A stretch of DNA of 64,000 nt from contig CAJXSL010000001.1 of the NCBI GenBank assembly GCA_913060875.1, forward strand, positions 1,079,398-1,143,397, in the 5' to 3' direction. The notes beneath the pieces were generated by a model that was given only the letters and a program-made list of their open reading frames with translations, did not search any database and was not told the origin of the DNA. Origin of the DNA: an uncultured Desulfobacteraceae bacterium (GTDB lineage Bacteria > Desulfobacterota > Desulfobacteria > Desulfobacterales > UBA5852). The number at the start of each line of letters is the position of its first letter. Position 1 is the stretch's first letter. Below are positions 17,801-29,161 of the stretch, piece by piece. The position numbers and the translations under genes are program-made.

Positions 17801-18742
17801 CTATCCGGATGTAATGCGGGTGCCGGCGCGGCCTTGAACGGCCTTCTCGATGGTATCCAGGGATGTGATCACCGCTTCCTTGCCCCCCTGACCCACAAAC
17901 TGCAAGGCCGCCTCGATTTTGGGCTGCATCGTGCCGGGGGGGAATTGATCGTCGCGCAGGTGGGCGGCCAGTTCATCAGTCGTAACGTCTTCCAGATACC
18001 GCTCCCGGGGGGTGTTGAAATTTATGGCCGCGCCGGGGACATCGGTGGCCATGATGAAGCGGTGGGCGCCGATCTCCCGGGCCAGGGTGGAACTGACCAG
18101 GTCCTTGTCGATGACGGCGTCCACCCCGTGAAAGGAGCGCCCCTCCCGGGTGACGGGAATGCCCCCGCCGCCGCCGCAGATCACGATAAATCCCATATCC
18201 ACCAGTTTGCGGATCTCCCGTTTTTCCACGACCGTAACCGGACGCGGGGAGGCCACCACCCGGCGGTGGCCTTTGGCGGTCAAACGGGTGGGGAAGGGGC
18301 TTTCGGCCGCCTGGGATTCGGAAAGGACGGGCCCGATCGGTTTGGTTGGGGATGCAAAGGCCGGGTCCTTTTCATCGACGACCACATAGGTGATGACCGT
18401 GATAAACGGTTGGTGAAAATGGATGCCGAGCTCCATGAGGGCGGTATCCAGGGTGGACTCGATCATGTACCCGATCTGCCCCTGGGTTTGCGCCACCAGA
18501 ATCTCCAGCGGCAGTCGGGGCACCTGCTCGCAGCACTCCTGCTGGAGGAGCAGATTGCCCACCTGGGGCCCGTTGCCGTGGGTGATGATGATACGGTAGC
18601 GGCGGGAAAGACGGGCGATCTGACGGGTGGGACCTTTCAGGTTTTTAAACTGCTCTCCGATCGTGCCGGCCTGGCCCTTGCGGATCAGGGCGTTGCCGCC
18701 CAGGGCGATTAAAAGTGTTTCGGTTGGTGTGGATGGCGCCAT
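17801..18742 (-). CDS. arcC: Carbamate kinase
   Basis: ALGGNAL, THGNGPQVG, PTKPIGP, RRVVASP, GGGGIPV, AVIDKD and GTMQPK. Confidence 0.95.
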   Translation of the reverse strand: MAPSTPTETLLIALGGNALIRKGQAGTIGEQFKNLKGPTRQIARLSRRYRIIITHGNGPQVGNLLLQQECCEQVPRLPLEILVAQTQGQIGYMIESTLDTALMELGIHFHQPFITVITYVVVDEKDPAFASPTKPIGPVLSESQAAESPFPTRLTAKGHRRVVASPRPVTVVEKREIRKLVDMGFIVICGGGGGIPVTREGRSFHGVDAVIDKDLVSSTLAREIGAHRFIMATDVPGAAINFNTPRERYLEDVTTDELAAHLRDDQFPPGTMQPKIEAALQFVGQGGKEAVITSLDTIEKAVQGRAGTRITSG

Positions 18743-18862
18743 GGGGTTACCCCTTGCTTTCACGCAGGTCATTTCAGTTAACGGTTCTCTGCAAAGCTCC
18801 AGTCAACAAGAATTTACCACGAAGAGCACGAAGAAAAACCGGCCAGCGCAGATGAATTTCAT

Positions 18863-18980
18863 CCTGCGCATCGTCGGTGCGGCCGGAGCACGCGGAAACT
18901 CGCCCCGCTTTCAGCGGGGCTCAGACAGTCCGTGCGCTTGTTCCCGTCCGCCCCGTCGATGCTCGGCGCGGGACAATGGG
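18863..18980 (+). repeat. Palindromic REP-like element, family C copy 2
   Basis: GAAACTCGCCCCGCT..AGCGGGGCTCAGACAGT..CGATGCTCGGCGCGGGACAATGGG, colinear with 3485-3610. Confidence 0.75.
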
Positions 18981-19081
18981 AAAACCAAAACCAAGAAATC
19001 AAAAACAGTTTTCAAGCTTCTTTTCAAATGTTCGGGCTAAAGTGTTTTTGATAAACACACTTCCGGGTGGATACACTTCAC

Positions 19082-19301
19082 TAGAAGCCATCTCAAAATT
19101 AGGGTTTTCGTTCGAGATACGGCGTGGCCGAGAATTCCCGTAAAGCGGGACTTCCCATCTGATCAAGCCCTCAACGGTGGGTGCAACCCGTAGGCGCCCC
19201 GAAGGAAGTGCCCTTGGGGTACATACTGTAGTATGTCGAGGACTTGAGACGAGGACACAACGCCGATATCGGGTGAAAAAACTTTTTTGAGATAGCTTCT
19301 A
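19082..19301 (+). mobile_element. MITE-like element related to family B (220 bp, nested hairpins)
   Basis: TIRs TAGAAGCCATCTCAAAA and TTTTGAGATAGCTTCTA (16/17). Central hairpin CATAC-TGTA-GTATG is followed by TCGAGGA..AACGCCG as in 13856-14001. The right end supplies the TAG stop of the upstream gene. Confidence 0.8.
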
Positions 19302-20618
19302 AAGGTTCAGCCGCCGGGTGAGGACTTCTTCCAGTTGTGGTCCCTGGGGCGCATCCTGGTACTCGTAGCGCACTCTCAGGGTCGGTTTGTCGATTTGCAG
19401 CAGCCGGGGCAGATCGATGGGCGTGGCACACAGGACCAGGTCGCAGTCGGCCTTGCGGATGGTCGCTTCCAGGTCGGCCACCTGCTGCCGGCCGTATCCC
19501 ATGGCAGGCAGCACCTGACGGATCTGGGGATAACGGTCATAGGTATCCCGAATGCTCCCCACGGCAAAGTCGGCGGCTTCCACGATTTCAGAGGCTTTGT
19601 AGCGGCGGGCCGCGATGGTGCCGGCCCCGAAGGACATCTCACCATGGGTCAGGGTGGGGCCGTCTTCCACCACCAGCACCCGTTTCCCTTCGATTTGTTC
19701 GGGTTCCGCCGCCAGAATGGCGGACTCCGCCAGCACGATATCGGCTTCGGGGGCGTGGGCGGCGATATTGCTGCGCACCATTTCGATCTGGTCGGCCGCG
19801 GCACTGTCGACCTTGTTGATGACGGCGATGTCCGCCATGATCATGTTGGTCTCACCGGGGTAGTAGCGGCATTCGTGGCCGGCGCGGTGCGGGTCGAAGA
19901 CGACGATGTGAACGTCGGGGTGATAAAAGGGGGTGTCATTGTTACCCCCGTCCCAGACGATGATATCGGCCTCTTTTTCGGCTTCATCGAGTATCGCCTG
20001 GTAATCGATGCCGGCGTAAACCACGATGCCCTGGTCGACAAGGGGTTCGTATTCTTCTCTTTCCTCGATGGTGCAATGATGGCGGTCGAAGTCCGCGTGG
20101 GTTGCGAAGCGTTGGACGACCTGCTGGGTCAGGTCGCCATAGGGCATGGGGTGACGAACGGCGACGACGCGGCGCCCCCTGTTTTTGGCGATACGGCAGA
20201 CTTTGCGGGTGGTCTGGGACTTGCCGCAGCCCGTGCGCACAGCGCAGACGGCCACAACCGGCTTGTTGGAACGGAGCATGGTATAGGTGGCGCCGATCAA
20301 GATGAAGTCCGCCCCCTCGGCCATGGCCAGGGAGGCTTTGTGCATCACTTCCGTGTGGGGGACATCGCTGTAGGAGAACGCCACCAGGTCCACTTTGTGC
20401 TCCCGGATCAAGTGCCCCAGTTCTTTTTCATGATAAATCGGCACCCCCTGGGGATAGAGTTCGCCGGCCAGTGCCGGCGGGTAGAGACGATCGTCGATAT
20501 CGGGGATCTGGTTGGCTGTAAACGCCACCACCCGGTAGCGCGGCTTGTTCTTGAAGTAGATGTTGAAGTTGTGGAAATCGCGACCGGCGGCCCCCATGAT
20601 GATGACGTTCTCTACCAT
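19299..20618 (-). CDS. arcE: cDPGS-family P-loop ligase, probable arginine synthetase
   Basis: GAAGRDFHNFN, AVRTGCGKSQT, VRHPMPYG, TIEEREEYE, WDGGNND and EDGPTLTHG; lies between the OTC and carbamate kinase genes. Confidence 0.75.
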   Translation of the reverse strand: MVENVIIMGAAGRDFHNFNIYFKNKPRYRVVAFTANQIPDIDDRLYPPALAGELYPQGVPIYHEKELGHLIREHKVDLVAFSYSDVPHTEVMHKASLAMAEGADFILIGATYTMLRSNKPVVAVCAVRTGCGKSQTTRKVCRIAKNRGRRVVAVRHPMPYGDLTQQVVQRFATHADFDRHHCTIEEREEYEPLVDQGIVVYAGIDYQAILDEAEKEADIIVWDGGNNDTPFYHPDVHIVVFDPHRAGHECRYYPGETNMIMADIAVINKVDSAAADQIEMVRSNIAAHAPEADIVLAESAILAAEPEQIEGKRVLVVEDGPTLTHGEMSFGAGTIAARRYKASEIVEAADFAVGSIRDTYDRYPQIRQVLPAMGYGRQQVADLEATIRKADCDLVLCATPIDLPRLLQIDKPTLRVRYEYQDAPQGPQLEEVLTRRLNL

Positions 20619-20675
20619 ACCCAACCCTTTCCTCGAACGGATCTCAAAATGTTGAGATGCGTCCGGTTTGCGTGG

Positions 20676-22890
<2,215 letters not shown>

Positions 22891-22894
<4 letters not shown>

Positions 22895-23637
22895 GATGCC
22901 TCCCCCCTCCTGATAGGTGCCGGCCTTTGCGGCTCATTTTTCATATGCTGGTTGAAACGCCGTACGTGGTCGAGGGCCAATTCCCGCGCTTTTTCAGATC
23001 GGCCCGCCTTCACGGCGGTCACGATCGACTGGAGATCCCGATAGTTTTCTTCCAGAACCGCCTGTCGGCGAAACGTGAAGCGGTCGTATAATCCGAGGAT
23101 GGTTTCATGGACCATCCGGGTTACCGCCACAAAAACCGGATTGCCCGCAATCTCGGCCAAAGCGATGTGCAGGCGGATGTCCATGCGGATGAAATCATAG
23201 GGCGTACGATCCGATTCGCGGAGAATGGCCCCGGCCCGGGCAAGGAGGTTCTCCAGGTGTTCGATATCGGTGCTGTTGGCCCGGAGGCTTGCCAAGGCGG
23301 CCACATCCCCCTCGATGCTTTCCCGGAATTCGGTCAGATGATCCAGGGAAACCTGCTGCTGCTGGAGCAACAGCATCAGCCCGTCGGTAAGGGGTTCGGT
23401 GCCGGCGGTTTTGATGATGGCCCCGCCGCTGACCCCGAGCTTGACTTCGATAAGCCCTTTCTGTTCCAGCACCCGCAGGGCCTCTCGGATGGAAGCCCGG
23501 CTGGTCTGGAACATGTCCACCAGTTCTCTCTGGGAGGGCAGTTTGTCACCGGGTTTGAGGCGGCCGTCGACAATGGCGTCCTGGATCTGATCGACAAGAT
23601 CCTGGAAGACGCGGTTGTGTTGGGTTTTACGGAACAT
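22891..23637 (-). CDS. GntR/FadR family regulator (FCD domain)
   Basis: [22 protein letters not shown] wHTH and D..LH..LA...GN FCD; stop overlaps the rocD start. Confidence 0.92.
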
Positions 23638-23724
23638 GATATGGGGTGGGGATCGATTTGGATCGAATCCGGTCGGTTCCCTTTCCTGTCGGTAATGGTT
23701 GGAAGGAATTAAGTGCAATTGTTA

Positions 23725-23741
23725 AAATGGGTAACCCATTT
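23725..23741. promoter_or_regulatory. Putative FadR-family operator AAATGGGTAACCCATTT
   Basis: Perfect odd palindrome overlapping the -10 region of a minus-strand promoter (TTGACA at 23762-23767, 17-bp spacer, TACAAA). Confidence 0.65.
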
Positions 23742-24096
23742 GTAAATTGAGGGCCTTCCAATGTCAACCCCCAAATCAAGAACAGTGGTCCAAGCATTTT
23801 TTTTAAGTGGCACTTGCATGTCATTCGATTCGTGACCACCTATTAATCTGTTTTGCAAAAATGGGGCGCAAATGAGGGGGGCGATGGAGAAAAGGACTTT
23901 TTGCCCGTCGTTTTGAGAATCGAATCATAATGGGCCGCCTGTTGCAAAAACGTCAAAATCATGACGGAGAACTTACAAAAATGTGATGAATTCCGGCCTG
24001 GCCCTGGCAAGTGTGAATCGGTCAAAAAGTCGGACGGATCTCAAACTGTTTGTAAATATATACAATAAAGCTGTTTGGCAGAGATTTCGGGGCCTC

Positions 24097-24112
24097 TGGC
24101 ACAGGAATTGTA
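24097..24112 (+). promoter_or_regulatory. Putative sigma54 promoter
   Basis: TGGCACAGGAATTGTA shares the 13-mer GGCACAGGAATTG with 14219-14234; the -12 element is GT rather than GC. Confidence 0.5.
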
Positions 24113-24177
24113 AAGAAACTGCGAAAGGTACCGATAATACTGTTTAACAGCTAACGATAAAGAAAGTTCAGAATATC

Positions 24178-24495
24178 ATGATGTATGAAAAGCCCAATTT
24201 GCCCAGTTTGCCTCGAACGGTCGATGAAGTGGCCGATTTGTTGATTTCCGACCTGCCTCCCAAAGAGATGGCGACACTATCCAGCATGGACGAAAACGAA
24301 TTCCTGCGGTTGTACAACACCGTGGCCCAATACGTCCTGGACGAATTCAAAATCTGGACCGGCAATGACGATTTGCTGCAGTCCTGCCTGTCCAGGGTCT
24401 CCGGCAGCGATGAAGAAACGGATCCGGCCATGGTCATTCTCCGCTGTGTCTGGCAGAAACTGAATGATCTGCCGGAGATTCTCATTATTACCTGA
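24178..24495 (+). CDS. Small helical hypothetical protein (DUF6794-like)
   Basis: PRTVDE..LISDL, F.IW.GN..LL.SC and VIL..VWQKL pattern, recalled from that family. Confidence 0.7.
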   Translation: MMYEKPNLPSLPRTVDEVADLLISDLPPKEMATLSSMDENEFLRLYNTVAQYVLDEFKIWTGNDDLLQSCLSRVSGSDEETDPAMVILRCVWQKLNDLPEILIIT

Positions 24496-24619
24496 AATTC
24501 CCATCCCGAAAATGCATGAAATTTTCGGAACGGCGGTTTGAATGCAGGGGGGATACGTGGCCGTGATTCAAGCTCCGGTTCGCTGTATTCTCCCTTGTCA
24601 TTGATCTGATCCATCCCAC

Positions 24620-24796
24620 TATCCCGGATATTTCACGCGCCCGCAGGGTGAAACTTTTTCTATGATTCTGGAAATCGTCGAAAGGTACAGCGTGTCATCT
24701 GAAAACCATACCCCGAATAGCGTCGTACTTTTGAATATTTACATAAAATCCATTATGTAGAAAAAATTGCATGAAATATTCGGGTTAGGGTCTTTC
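24620..24796 (+). repeat. Family D inverted-repeat element, long copy
   Basis: TATCCCGGATATTTCA ... TGAAATATTCGGGTTA (14/16 IR), followed by GGGTCTTTC; same ends as 28870-28920. Confidence 0.65.
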
Positions 24797-24985
24797 CTGT
24801 CCCCTGATGCCGTTATGCCATTAGCAGCGACGGCATCGGCGTGCCGCCCTTCCGGGTGAGATGACGGTTCGATCCGTTCCTCGCTTCCGGCCAAGAATAT
24901 CCATCCGTGCCTTGACGGCAGGCCTTCAAATGTCCGATAAAAACTTGCTGGTATGGCACTACCCCTCCCATGAAAGGATGTTACG

Positions 24986-27637
24986 ATGACGGAACTCCAG
25001 AAGACCGTATTGCATGATGTTCATCAAGAACTTGGCGCAACCATGGTGGATTTCGGCGGCTGGCACATGCCGGTCCAGTATCCCGACGGCATTCTGCAGG
25101 AACATCTGATGACCCGTTGCGGGGCAGGGATTTTTGACGTGTCGCATATGGGACGATTTGTTTTCAGCGGAACCGGGGCGTTGGCTTTTTTGCAGAGGGT
25201 ACTGACCAACAACGCGGCCGCCCTCGATGGGGGGCAAAGCCAATACACCATGATTCCCGATGCCGACGGCGGGGCTATCGACGATGCCTACCTCTACCGC
25301 TTTCGGGAGGAGGAATACCTCCTGGTGGTGAATGCCGCCAATCGTGAAAAAGACTGGGACCATCTGCGGCACAGCATATCGCAATTCAGTGACGTACAGA
25401 TGGAGGATCGATCGGCGGATTTGGCTATGATCAGCCTCCAGGGGCCCCAGGCCAAGGTGCTGCTGCAGGCACTTTTGACCGGAGGCGCTTTGCCGGAACC
25501 GGAGAAGAACGCCCTCAGCCTGGGCTTGATCGGCCCAACCGAGGTGTGGCTGGCCCGAACGGGATATACCGGAGAGCCGCTGGGATTCGAGCTGTTTGTG
25601 CCGTCGGCCCAGGCCGCGTCCGTCTGGCAGGCCCTGGTGGACAAAGGGGCCACGCCGGTGGGGCTTGGCGCCCGGGATACCCTCCGGCTGGAGGCCGGAC
25701 TGCCCCTCTACGGCCATGAACTCGGCCAGGATATCGATGACCGGACGATTCCGATTTATGCCTGCGGTCTGGCCCGGTTTGCGGTCAGCTTTTCAGAGGT
25801 GAAGGGCGATTTCATCGGGCGCGAGGCCCTTGCCAAACAGTTTGAGGCCTGGGAGGGCATCCGGAAACAGGATTATACACGCGTGGCCGACCTGCCGCGC
25901 ATGGTGATGCCCATCGCCATGACGGGGAAGGGCATCGCCCGGGCCGGCAACCTGGTTTACCGCGGCGACAAACCGGTGGGCTATGTCACCAGCGGAACCA
26001 TGGTGCCCTACTGGCTTTTCGAGGGGCAGGGCATTGCCTCCCGCAGGACCGATCAAAAGGGGCGGCGGGCCATCGGGTTGGCCCTGATCGACAGTGATTT
26101 GCAGGAAGGGGATGAACTGACCGTGGATGTCCGCGGGAAGCGCTATCCGGCCCTGGTGGTGCCGTATCACATGCGGGCTGAAGCCCCTCCCCTGGCGCGG
26201 CCGATTCTTTACGCCCATCTGCACCCGGAATACAAACAGCCCTATGACATTTCCGAGGGGCAGCGCAAAGCCCGCCGGCTGCTGGAGAAAGCCCTGGCCA
26301 ACGACGCCTGGCGGCAGCGGGAGTGCATCAACCTGATTCCGTCTGAACAGACGGCGTCGCGGTTGACACGGCTGCTTTCCATCCTGGATCCGGCCGGACG
26401 GTATGCCGAGCACAAGTCCGTGGCCGCCCTGGCCGAGGCGGATGTTTTTTATTACCAGGGTACGGCGTTTATCGCGGAAACGGAAGCCTTGCTGGCCAGT
26501 GAAATGCAGCGCTATCTGGGCTGCAGCGAAGTCGAAACCCGGCTGATTTCGGGACAGATGGCCAATACCGCCGTTTTCAGCGCCATGGTCGATTACGTCA
26601 ACCGGACGGACCGTCGACGCGAACCCCGCCGCCTGCGCCGGGTGATGAATCATCACATTATCAAAGGCGGGCATCTCAGTGCCCAGCCCATGGGCGCCCT
26701 GCGGGATTTTGTGGCCCGTGATCCGCGCACCGAGAAACCGGCCGTCATCAATTTCCCGGTTTTGGAGGACAACCCCTACCAGGTGGATGTCGAAGCATGT
26801 CGGGAGCTTCTGGAGATTTATCGTCCGGAACTGGTGATATTCGGCCGGAGCATGACCCTCTGTCGGGAGCCGGTGCGCGCCATCCGTGCGATGGTGGACG
26901 AGATGGGACTGGACACTATTTTGATGTACGATATGGCCCATGTCCTGGGATTGGCCGGACCCCATTTCCAGGAGCCTTTCGAGGAAGGGGCCGATCTGGT
27001 GACTGGCTCGACCCACAAAACGTTTTTCGGCACCCAGCGGGGCATCGTGGCGGCGAATGTCACCCGGCAGGACACCACCTGGCCCCTGTGGGAAGCGATC
27101 GAGCGGCGGGCCTTTCCCGGAAGCGTGAGCAACCACCACCTGGGCACGCTCGTGGGGTTGCTGATGGCCGCCTATGAAATGAATGCCTTCAAAAACGACT
27201 ACCAGCGCCAGGTTCTGGCCAATGCCAGGGCGCTGGCCAGGGCTTTGAAAGATGTCGGGCTTGACATTGCCGGGGATGCAGCCACGGGGTTTACGGAAAC
27301 CCACCAGGTCATCATCCAGGTGGGATATGCCCGGGGGCCTGAAATCGCCCAGCGTCTGGAAGACAACAACATTATCGTCAACTATCAGGCCGGACCCACC
27401 GAAGAGGGGTTTACGGCCTCCGGCGCCCTGCGCCTGGGGCTGGCAGAGATGACCCGTTTCGGCATGAAGGAGGCGGATATGGGCCCCCTGGCCCAGTTTT
27501 TCCACGACGTGATCATGGGGGGGCACGGCATCAAAGACGAAGTGACCGCCTTCCGGAAACAGTTTCAGGATTTGCACTTCTGTTTTTCGGACGACGTTAT
27601 CGATGAGCTCTTGGAGGGGCTGATCCGGCAGATTTGA
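24986..27637 (+). CDS. gcvT: Fusion of glycine cleavage T protein (GcvT) and serine hydroxymethyltransferase
   Basis: N-terminal FGGWHMP, FDVSHMG, ARTGYTGE and GLGARDTLRLEAG; C-terminal NLIPSE, GGHLS, DMAHVLG, GSTHKTFFG and GSVSNHH. Single open frame of 883 aa. Confidence 0.92.
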   Translation: MTELQKTVLHDVHQELGATMVDFGGWHMPVQYPDGILQEHLMTRCGAGIFDVSHMGRFVFSGTGALAFLQRVLTNNAAALDGGQSQYTMIPDADGGAIDDAYLYRFREEEYLLVVNAANREKDWDHLRHSISQFSDVQMEDRSADLAMISLQGPQAKVLLQALLTGGALPEPEKNALSLGLIGPTEVWLARTGYTGEPLGFELFVPSAQAASVWQALVDKGATPVGLGARDTLRLEAGLPLYGHELGQDIDDRTIPIYACGLARFAVSFSEVKGDFIGREALAKQFEAWEGIRKQDYTRVADLPRMVMPIAMTGKGIARAGNLVYRGDKPVGYVTSGTMVPYWLFEGQGIASRRTDQKGRRAIGLALIDSDLQEGDELTVDVRGKRYPALVVPYHMRAEAPPLARPILYAHLHPEYKQPYDISEGQRKARRLLEKALANDAWRQRECINLIPSEQTASRLTRLLSILDPAGRYAEHKSVAALAEADVFYYQGTAFIAETEALLASEMQRYLGCSEVETRLISGQMANTAVFSAMVDYVNRTDRRREPRRLRRVMNHHIIKGGHLSAQPMGALRDFVARDPRTEKPAVINFPVLEDNPYQVDVEACRELLEIYRPELVIFGRSMTLCREPVRAIRAMVDEMGLDTILMYDMAHVLGLAGPHFQEPFEEGADLVTGSTHKTFFGTQRGIVAANVTRQDTTWPLWEAIERRAFPGSVSNHHLGTLVGLLMAAYEMNAFKNDYQRQVLANARALARALKDVGLDIAGDAATGFTETHQVIIQVGYARGPEIAQRLEDNNIIVNYQAGPTEEGFTASGALRLGLAEMTRFGMKEADMGPLAQFFHDVIMGGHGIKDEVTAFRKQFQDLHFCFSDDVIDELLEGLIRQI

Positions 27638-27650
27638 TTCGCCGGCTGAT

Positions 27651-28838
27651 TTATTCCCGGGAATCGGGCTCGGTCTTTTTACCGGGGGGGACCAGACTGG
27701 CCTTGCTGATAAAGCCGCGCCCGAATTTTTCGTTGATGGCATCCACGGTGTGGTCGACTTTTTCCCAATTTTTGGACCCTTCGACCGTATCCCCGAACAA
27801 ATCCATCTGGATCGGCGTGTCCGCGGTTATGAAATGGGATGCCCCGACACCGATGAGGCGCACTTTGCGGGTCAGGGAATATTGATCCAGCAAGTCCTCC
27901 GCGAGTTTGAAAATCGATTCGGCACTCTGGATCGGGCGCGTGACGGTTTTGCTCCGTGTCACCTGCTGAAAATCCGCGTGTTTGATTTTAAGGGTAACGG
28001 TGCGCGCCTTGAGATGGTGGCGCCGCAGCTGGCGGCCCACGTCTTCGGCATGATGCCGCAGGATGGTATGCAAAAGGGCCGCGTCGCGGGTGTCCCGGGA
28101 CAGGGTATTTTCGGAACTGACGGATTTTACATCGGAAGAGGGGGTAACCGGCGTGGGGTCTTCGCCCCGGGCGAGCGCCACCAGTCGGTGGCCGAATTTT
28201 CCCAATCGGTTGACCAGCAAGTCTGGTGGATATTGTCGGACATCGCCGAGGGTGATCAGATTCATCCGTGCCAGCTTTTCGTGGGTGACTTTGCCAACGC
28301 CCGGTATTTTGCCTACCGGAAGCCGGTCGATGAAAGCAGGTACCGCTGCCTGGGAGATGATGGTCAGCCCATCGGGCTTCTCCATATCGGAGGCAATCTT
28401 AGCCAAAAAACGCAAAGGGGCGACGCCGATGGAGCAGGTCAATCCGGTGGCTTGCATAACGCGATGTTTGATGCTGCGGGCGATCTGTTCCGGGGGGCCG
28501 AAGAGGCGCTTCCCGCCGCTGATGTCCAGATAGGCCTCATCGATGGACACCGGTTCGACAAGGGGTGTGAAAGCCCGCAGTTGATCCATGATCTGGCGTG
28601 AAACCGCCTTATAGCGGTGCATGCGCCCCGGCACGATAATGGCGTGCGGACAGCGCCGGCGGGCTTCGAACATGGGCATGGCCGAGCGGACGCCATAGCG
28701 GCGGGCTTCATAACTGGCGGTGGTCACCACGCCCCGCTCGGAGCTCCCCCCCACGACCACGCATTTCCCCCTTAACTCCGGGCGATCCCGCTGTTCCACC
28801 GAAGCGAAAAAGGCGTCCATATCAATGTGGAGTATCAT
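27651..28838 (-). CDS. dinB: DNA polymerase IV
   Basis: HIDMDAFFASVE, SYEARRYG, SIDEAYLD, AKIASDMEKP and RLIGVG. Confidence 0.96.
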   Translation of the reverse strand: MILHIDMDAFFASVEQRDRPELRGKCVVVGGSSERGVVTTASYEARRYGVRSAMPMFEARRRCPHAIIVPGRMHRYKAVSRQIMDQLRAFTPLVEPVSIDEAYLDISGGKRLFGPPEQIARSIKHRVMQATGLTCSIGVAPLRFLAKIASDMEKPDGLTIISQAAVPAFIDRLPVGKIPGVGKVTHEKLARMNLITLGDVRQYPPDLLVNRLGKFGHRLVALARGEDPTPVTPSSDVKSVSSENTLSRDTRDAALLHTILRHHAEDVGRQLRRHHLKARTVTLKIKHADFQQVTRSKTVTRPIQSAESIFKLAEDLLDQYSLTRKVRLIGVGASHFITADTPIQMDLFGDTVEGSKNWEKVDHTVDAINEKFGRGFISKASLVPPGKKTEPDSRE

Positions 28839-28869
28839 TCCCCGTCCGACTTCCCGTCGTTCGTACTGT

Positions 28870-28920
28870 TATCCCGGATATTTCACGCGTTGGCGATGAA
28901 CATTCAGGATAGGGTCTTTC
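28870..28920 (+). repeat. Family D element, internally deleted copy
   Basis: TATCCCGGATATTTCACGCG (20 bp identical to 24620-24639) ... ATGAACATTCAGGATAGGGTCTTTC. Confidence 0.65.
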
Positions 28921-29161
28921 ATCCCTGATAGCATGGGAGGCTTGCCGGTAATGGAAATTACCACCATGCCGCCGTTTCTCTTTGCCTGGAAACTGGTTTT
29001 AATCGATTCGTCCCGTCGGGGCAATGGCCCTTTCTGCTTGGGTTGGTTGATCGGGGCGCTAACGTCAAAAAGGTTGCCATGCGGCCGGTCGTGATTATCA
29101 ATACAGGAGTCAGCACGAATTTGATGGTCTGAATGGCCTTAACATGATCTGGAGATTTAAA

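Noticed and set aside
24800..24985. Glycine riboswitch upstream of gcvT
   Set aside because: Only a simple hairpin (GATGCCGT..ACGGCATC) is seen; the conserved GGAGA/CCGAAG/CTCTCAGG blocks are absent.
28947..28962. Palindrome GGTAAT-GGAA-ATTACC upstream of dinB as an SOS box
   Set aside because: It does not match a LexA consensus I can vouch for and is not repeated upstream of mutM.
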